From: a virus
IMG/VR virus record: IMGVR_UViG_3300020220_003756
Coordinates: 9,531 to 73,530 of that record
Length of the DNA: 64,000 nucleotides
Direction: 5' to 3' (one strand)
The notes under the pieces are model-generated. The model was not told the DNA's origin and did not search any database. It saw only the letters and a program-made list of their open reading frames with translations. Positions 59,645-64,000 of this stretch are shown one piece after another. The position numbers and the translations under genes are program-made. How positions within the stretch are numbered: the stretch's first letter is position 1; each line of letters begins with the position of its first letter.

Positions 59645-60136
59645 TTAACTCCAGTCAGGCAAAGGTCCGCCGTATTTCCTGCCTTTGATCTTCTTGCCAC
59701 GGACTTTGACTCTCTCCGAACCCACCTTATGGGTTTTGCCACCATCCCGGCCTCTGTAACCCTGGCTCTTGCAGGATGCCAGTTGGCTGGCTCCCAGTGC
59801 TGAATCAGGTTTGCCAGATTTGCACAGTTTACGACTGGCAGGTTCTTCGTCCAAGGATTGATCTTCTGAAGAATTGGCTCCGAACATGACTGCATCATTC
59901 AAGGGGAAATCTAGATCGACGAAGCGTTCGGGAAGTTCGCCCGTATCTAGGATGAATTCTAGTTCTTCGTCTGTGGGATGCACTTTCAGCAAGACTTTGG
60001 CCGCATCATCGTGCGCTTCGCCGTTTTCCCAGATGTTGATCGAGTAATGGTCTTGATATAATTTAGCCACAGCATTCATTACCTTGTGATAGTCCGTGGT
60101 AAAGATATTTTCTGCGAGGACTTCACGGATCTTCAT
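59645..60136 (-). CDS. Hypothetical protein with basic C-terminus
   Basis: Start set at MKIREVLAE (ATGA overlap). Confidence 0.7.
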   Translation of the reverse strand: MKIREVLAENIFTTDYHKVMNAVAKLYQDHYSINIWENGEAHDDAAKVLLKVHPTDEELEFILDTGELPERFVDLDFPLNDAVMFGANSSEDQSLDEEPASRKLCKSGKPDSALGASQLASCKSQGYRGRDGGKTHKVGSERVKVRGKKIKGRKYGGPLPDWS

Positions 60137-60366
60137 GCCAGTTTCGCTCCAATCATGATGCAAGAAACCAACATGTTTTTCACATCCATGTCGTCGGCTT
60201 CTTCATTGAGTTTGTCTGAATTAATGAGATCGGCCATCAAGGCCTGATACTCTGATTCTGATATGGACCCTTGGTTCAAGGCCTCAGTGATCTCTAGTGC
60301 GAACTGTGCTCGCTGTTCAGCCCAGGGCCTACCACAGGTGCTGAGAAATTGCAGTTGTTCAATCAT
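60133..60366 (-). CDS. Hypothetical protein
   Basis: 77 aa, coupled. Confidence 0.65.
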   Translation of the reverse strand: MIEQLQFLSTCGRPWAEQRAQFALEITEALNQGSISESEYQALMADLINSDKLNEEADDMDVKNMLVSCIMIGAKLA

Positions 60367-60747
60367 TTACCATCTCCCTAGTATGACCTTTGAGGCACGC
60401 TCGCCCTGTTGTGTTAATAGTTTCTTTTTGAGTTCGCAATAGGTCTTGGAACCTTCACCTCTCTGCGACCATTCTTTCACGGTGCTCTGCATGGGCTCTA
60501 TGACTCTGAGTACATCTTTCTGCAGAGAGCCTTTGGCCTCCGAATATAGTTGGAATCTGCGGAGATCTTCGGCCAAAACGCGGACCTGAGGCAGTTGTGG
60601 TTCAGCACAGTTGATGCGCTCCACAGCAAGCCTCGCTGAGATGATGTAGTCGCTCTGATTATCGTCCCAGAAACTGGGTATCCAAGTCTGTACTGTGGCA
60701 CAGCCCTGTAACAGTAGCACGGATGCGATGAGAATGTATTTGATCAT
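60367..60747 (-). CDS. Putative lipoprotein
   Basis: Lipobox LQGC; TAAATA at 60758-60753. Confidence 0.75.
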   Translation of the reverse strand: MIKYILIASVLLLQGCATVQTWIPSFWDDNQSDYIISARLAVERINCAEPQLPQVRVLAEDLRRFQLYSEAKGSLQKDVLRVIEPMQSTVKEWSQRGEGSKTYCELKKKLLTQQGERASKVILGRW

Positions 60748-60762
60748 ATAGATATTTACCTA

Positions 60763-61398
60763 TCAGCGTAGATTGAAAGCGATACTTATCTTAGTGCCCT
60801 TACAGGTACTGACAGAATGTGTCAACCATCCAGGAAACAGGATCAATCTGCCCGTCTGAGCGGGAACACGCTCCGCGCTCAAGGTGGGCTGGCTGTTGCT
60901 GGGCCATATGTGATTCAACATCAAGGGATTGGGGTTCCTGAACCATAGGTCTCCGCTGCCTTCTTCTGCCTGCAGATAGTAGATGCCGCTGACCCTGCAA
61001 CCGGGATGCTCGTGATCGCTCATGTAGCCACCTGTATCATAGCAGTTGAACCAACTTTCGAACAGCACCAACGGTTCTCGGCTGTTCTGGCTGGCTGCGT
61101 AATGGTTGGCAGATTCTGTGATGATCTCTGCCAGCGCTGACAGATCCTGATCCGCGATGTCATTGACCCTGTGATTGTTATAGGTGGTCCTGACCATATG
61201 GCGTGCCTGATCGCTGTGGAATTCTAGGTCGTGGAATCTCGATTGGATCTGCTGATCTATCTGCTGGCGCTGGGCCGCGGTGACGTCGCGGACCAATATC
61301 TGTACGGGAAACAAGGTGTAAATGGTCATATGAAATGCAGATAAGTGCTGAGTATGTATTTGTCCTGCTGTTTGGGTTCGTGACCTATATGTGGCCAC
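60763..61398 (-). CDS. 2OG-Fe(II) oxygenase (TIGR02466-like; true start probably MTIYTLFP)
   Basis: SWFN, HEHP, SGIYY, LILFPGWLTHSV, ISIAFN. Confidence 0.85.
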   Translation of the reverse strand: MATYRSRTQTAGQIHTQHLSAFHMTIYTLFPVQILVRDVTAAQRQQIDQQIQSRFHDLEFHSDQARHMVRTTYNNHRVNDIADQDLSALAEIITESANHYAASQNSREPLVLFESWFNCYDTGGYMSDHEHPGCRVSGIYYLQAEEGSGDLWFRNPNPLMLNHIWPSNSQPTLSAERVPAQTGRLILFPGWLTHSVSTCKGTKISIAFNLR

Positions 61399-61916
61399 TG
61401 CAGTCCGGGCGGAAACATCACTAGTCGGCCCTGCTGTGCTGCGACCGTGAAGTTTTCTAGAGGAAACTCCGTGCCCGCATCGGAATCGTTGAGATAGAAC
61501 AAGAACGCCAAGAATCTAGTGCTCATCTCTCTGCCGCCCGCATCTGTGTGTATGGGGAACCCGTCGCCTGAGCCCGCTCGATACGATTTGATGCGGAATC
61601 CTTCCATAGAGAAATCGTTGGGAAAACAGTGCAGATGATCCCAGTGTTCTCTGTATGCTCCGACCACACCATAGACCCTGTCCACTAACAGGTCAGTCTC
61701 TTCGGTGAAATCTTGGTGGCCCTGTAAGAGTTCCGTGGCTCGGATCTGCCTGTGATCGCGGTTGAAGAGATTCAACTCTCTGAGCCTAGGGTAGTCTTGT
61801 CTGCGTGTCTGCTGCCTAGTCGAGGCGTGGAATCTGTCTATGAGGTGCTGACAGAACTCTCTGTCCAGCACATGATCTATGACTCTGATCCAATTGTGGT
61901 CCAAGATGATCTGCAT
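61326..61916 (-). CDS. 2OG-Fe(II) oxygenase (prolyl-hydroxylase-like)
   Basis: HTD, FLFYLND, GTEF, FPP...PH, KY. Confidence 0.85.
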   Translation of the reverse strand: MQIILDHNWIRVIDHVLDREFCQHLIDRFHASTRQQTRRQDYPRLRELNLFNRDHRQIRATELLQGHQDFTEETDLLVDRVYGVVGAYREHWDHLHCFPNDFSMEGFRIKSYRAGSGDGFPIHTDAGGREMSTRFLAFLFYLNDSDAGTEFPLENFTVAAQQGRLVMFPPGLQWPHIGHEPKQQDKYILSTYLHFI

Positions 61917-61923
61917 GGGGTAT

Positions 61924-62700
61924 TTAACTACCCAGTGCTATGCTCAGTGCTATATTGAGAGGCTGTTGCTGCTGTATCTGTGCCAGCACGAAATCACGTC
62001 TAGTAGCGGCTGCGGGGCCTAGACCCTGCTCAGTCAACTCCACGGTGCCCACGAAGTTGCCCGTGGTGGCGGAGGTATCCAACACGAAGTTTAGGGTATA
62101 GTTGGGTGCCGTGCCTGTTATGGTAGCCGTGCTGCCCAGGCCGGAGGGGTTCTGGGACACAGAGCCTATAGCCAGCGTGGGCACCACCTGCCCTGCGGTG
62201 ATGTCCTGCAGATCGTCCAAGATGATCCTGAGATCACCGTTGCTGTCTATGAACACATCACCTATGCCCAATCCAGGAGGTCCCTGTGTGCCCGACACTG
62301 CGAGAGAGTCACGACCCTGGACCGGTGGCCTCCCAGCAGTGGTAGTCGACAGGCCTATCTCAGTGATCGATCGTCCTCGGCTGTCAGTGATGTTGTCAGC
62401 GCCAATCCGGGTCTCTCGATCCGGGAATACTTGCACGCCCACTCTACTGTTTTCTTCGTAGATCTGCTGCCAGCGCAGGGTCCATGCAGCCCTCGCTGTG
62501 TAGGTCTCTCCATCCAATCGCATCGATCGTATCTGTTGTGGTCTAGCCAGAGCGGGCGCACGAGGTGTCACGATCTGCGATCTAGGGTAAGTGAGATAGA
62601 TCTCGTTGATGACCCTAGCGATGTCCGTGCTGCCCTGCGCAGTCTCAGAGACTATCAGCGTGTTCAGTTGTTCGCGAGTGAGAGTGAGTTCAGCCATCAC
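61924..62700 (-). CDS. Putative tail-fibre/structural protein
   Basis: GTQGPPG, ATITGTAPNYTLNF, ends ALSIALG; TAAATA at 62709-62704. Confidence 0.6.
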   Translation of the reverse strand: MMAELTLTREQLNTLIVSETAQGSTDIARVINEIYLTYPRSQIVTPRAPALARPQQIRSMRLDGETYTARAAWTLRWQQIYEENSRVGVQVFPDRETRIGADNITDSRGRSITEIGLSTTTAGRPPVQGRDSLAVSGTQGPPGLGIGDVFIDSNGDLRIILDDLQDITAGQVVPTLAIGSVSQNPSGLGSTATITGTAPNYTLNFVLDTSATTGNFVGTVELTEQGLGPAAATRRDFVLAQIQQQQPLNIALSIALGS

Positions 62701-62873
62701 GGGTATTTATCAGCCCGGAGGGCAGCAAAATTTTAGGCTGCGAAGCAGCAGCGCGACAGATCGTGCTGGGTCAATAAAATAGCCAAACTAAGAGTAAAAT
62801 GATCACGTATATGATCAACGACCAGATCAGCTGGCGACCGGTTACGTCTGGCGGTGGCGATTCATGCATACAG

Positions 62874-63068
62874 TTATGCGTGATCTCGTTCAGGATAGCG
62901 AGCTAGATCGGGACGCAAGCACTCAGACATTGGTGCTGACTGCTCAGGAACCCAGATCCAGCACGACTCCAGTTCTGGCTGCGAATGGCCTCCCGAACGA
63001 TCCGCATAGAGTCGTACGGCTTCTAGATTCGCATCAGAATAGAGATGCCATAGATAACACTTCAGCAT
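62874..63068 (-). CDS. Hypothetical protein
   Basis: 64 aa, overlaps upstream stop. Confidence 0.5.
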   Translation of the reverse strand: MLKCYLWHLYSDANLEAVRLYADRSGGHSQPELESCWIWVPEQSAPMSECLRPDLARYPERDHA

Positions 63069-63247
63069 AACAGATGTATATATGTCGCTGATTCCGGTGA
63101 GCAGTCAATGATGACGAAGATCAGATCATCCGTTAGGCGATGCTGCACGCCCAAGATGTACTGCGGTGAACCTTGGGCGTAGAGTCTCTCCAAATAGTCA
63201 GTGACACGCTCTAGAACCTGTTCAGTGAGAGTAAATGTGTATAACAT
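63062..63247 (-). CDS. Hypothetical protein
   Basis: 61 aa behind TAAATA at 63258-63253. Confidence 0.6.
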   Translation of the reverse strand: MLYTFTLTEQVLERVTDYLERLYAQGSPQYILGVQHRLTDDLIFVIIDCSPESATYIHLLC

Positions 63248-63271
63248 ATGGATATTTAAGTAAATATTTAC

Positions 63272-63451
63272 ATGATGACACCAATGACGACTGCGACTAC
63301 GGTATGGCTGCTGTTAGTGATAACTCCAACTGGCTTGACCAGCTTGCAGAGCGTACACAGTACGCCAGCAGCATGCGAGGCCGCTAGAGAGACATATAGA
63401 GCTAGCCCCTATTACACAGTTAGATGCGAGGCCAAGGAGCGATCACGATGA
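63272..63451 (+). CDS. 59-aa two-cysteine peptide (not in ORF track)
   Basis: VWLLLVITP...CEAARE...RCEAK behind TAAATA at 63261-63266. Confidence 0.5.
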   Translation: MMTPMTTATTVWLLLVITPTGLTSLQSVHSTPAACEAARETYRASPYYTVRCEAKERSR

Positions 63452-63585
63452 CCTCCGCAGAAGGCGTACTAACACTGCTAGAATGGATAGGCACGGGGTT
63501 GGCTAGCATGCTGATACTGATATGTGCCATAATGTTCTGGGCATTGGTCCGGAGCACAGATCGAGATGACGACCAAAGGAGATAA

Positions 63586-63867
63586 ATGATGATGATGATG
63601 GGATTACTAGATCAATACCGAGGCGACCCCTCTTACAGGATATTTAGGATCAGTTTAGGCGATTTACTGTTGGATGATCAGGTCACGGAGACAGGGCCCC
63701 GACGAGATCAGGTGCTGGGAGGGATATTAGAGGCCGTGGGCTGCTCTATATATCAGGCCCAGGCTGCAGGTGAGGGCCTAGACCTAGAGTTCGTGCTCAA
63801 GGAGAGTTCCCTCACTGTGGCAGAGTTAGAGGCTAGGATCGGCCGGGCAGGGCTAACAGAACTCTAA
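63586..63867 (+). CDS. Hypothetical protein
   Basis: 93 aa, AGGAG SD. Confidence 0.6.
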   Translation: MMMMMGLLDQYRGDPSYRIFRISLGDLLLDDQVTETGPRRDQVLGGILEAVGCSIYQAQAAGEGLDLEFVLKESSLTVAELEARIGRAGLTEL

Positions 63868-63944
63868 CCGGGATCGGCCCCGCTGCGTGAGTGTGGCTAC
63901 GCAGTCAGTACGTGCGGGTCTTGGGGCGAACGCCAAGGGCGAGG

Positions 63945-63980
63945 GTGTGAAAAAGTGTGATAAAGTGTGGATTTGTGTGA
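63945..63980. repeat. GTGTG repeated four times at exact 10-bp period
   Basis: GTGTG at 63945, 63955, 63965, 63975. Confidence 0.75.
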
Positions 63981-64000
63981 CCATTTGAGCATAGCCTCTC

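Overview
This window looks like a 64-kb segment of a large lytic myovirus-type (T4-like/jumbo) phage genome, not a bacterial chromosome. Genes are densely packed, mostly on the minus strand, in genetic code 11. Phage hallmarks (PAAR spike, tail-fibre-like proteins, cell-wall hydrolase, nrdAB plus glutaredoxin, ATP-dependent DNA ligase, exonucleases, about 20 intergenic TAAATA late-promoter-like boxes) are mixed with many host-like genes: dnaK-groES-groEL-hsp20, rpsU, clpP, ahpCD, guaC, aceA, ALA synthase, coq7, cytochrome c, a desaturase, an ADP-heptose cluster and a compact DnaE. The chaperones suggest a proteobacterial, probably betaproteobacterial, host (inference). Most notable: (1) a circularly permuted two-piece tmRNA gene encoding the tag ANDAFFGETRLAA; (2) a protein whose N-terminus aligns without gaps to eukaryotic ubiquitin; (3) three chaperone leaders sharing a ROSE-like thermometer architecture; (4) a 3.5-kb respiratory/repair gene cassette bounded by a 27-bp perfect direct repeat with att-like symmetry, plus other gene-end duplication scars; (5) an adjacent Pol-beta-like nucleotidyltransferase and ligase-like pair with putative capsid-targeting N-termini; (6) two unexplained structured RNA candidates, an unannotated metallothionein-like peptide and a cysteine-less radical SAM paralogue. 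All family calls come from motif recognition by eye; no searches were run.
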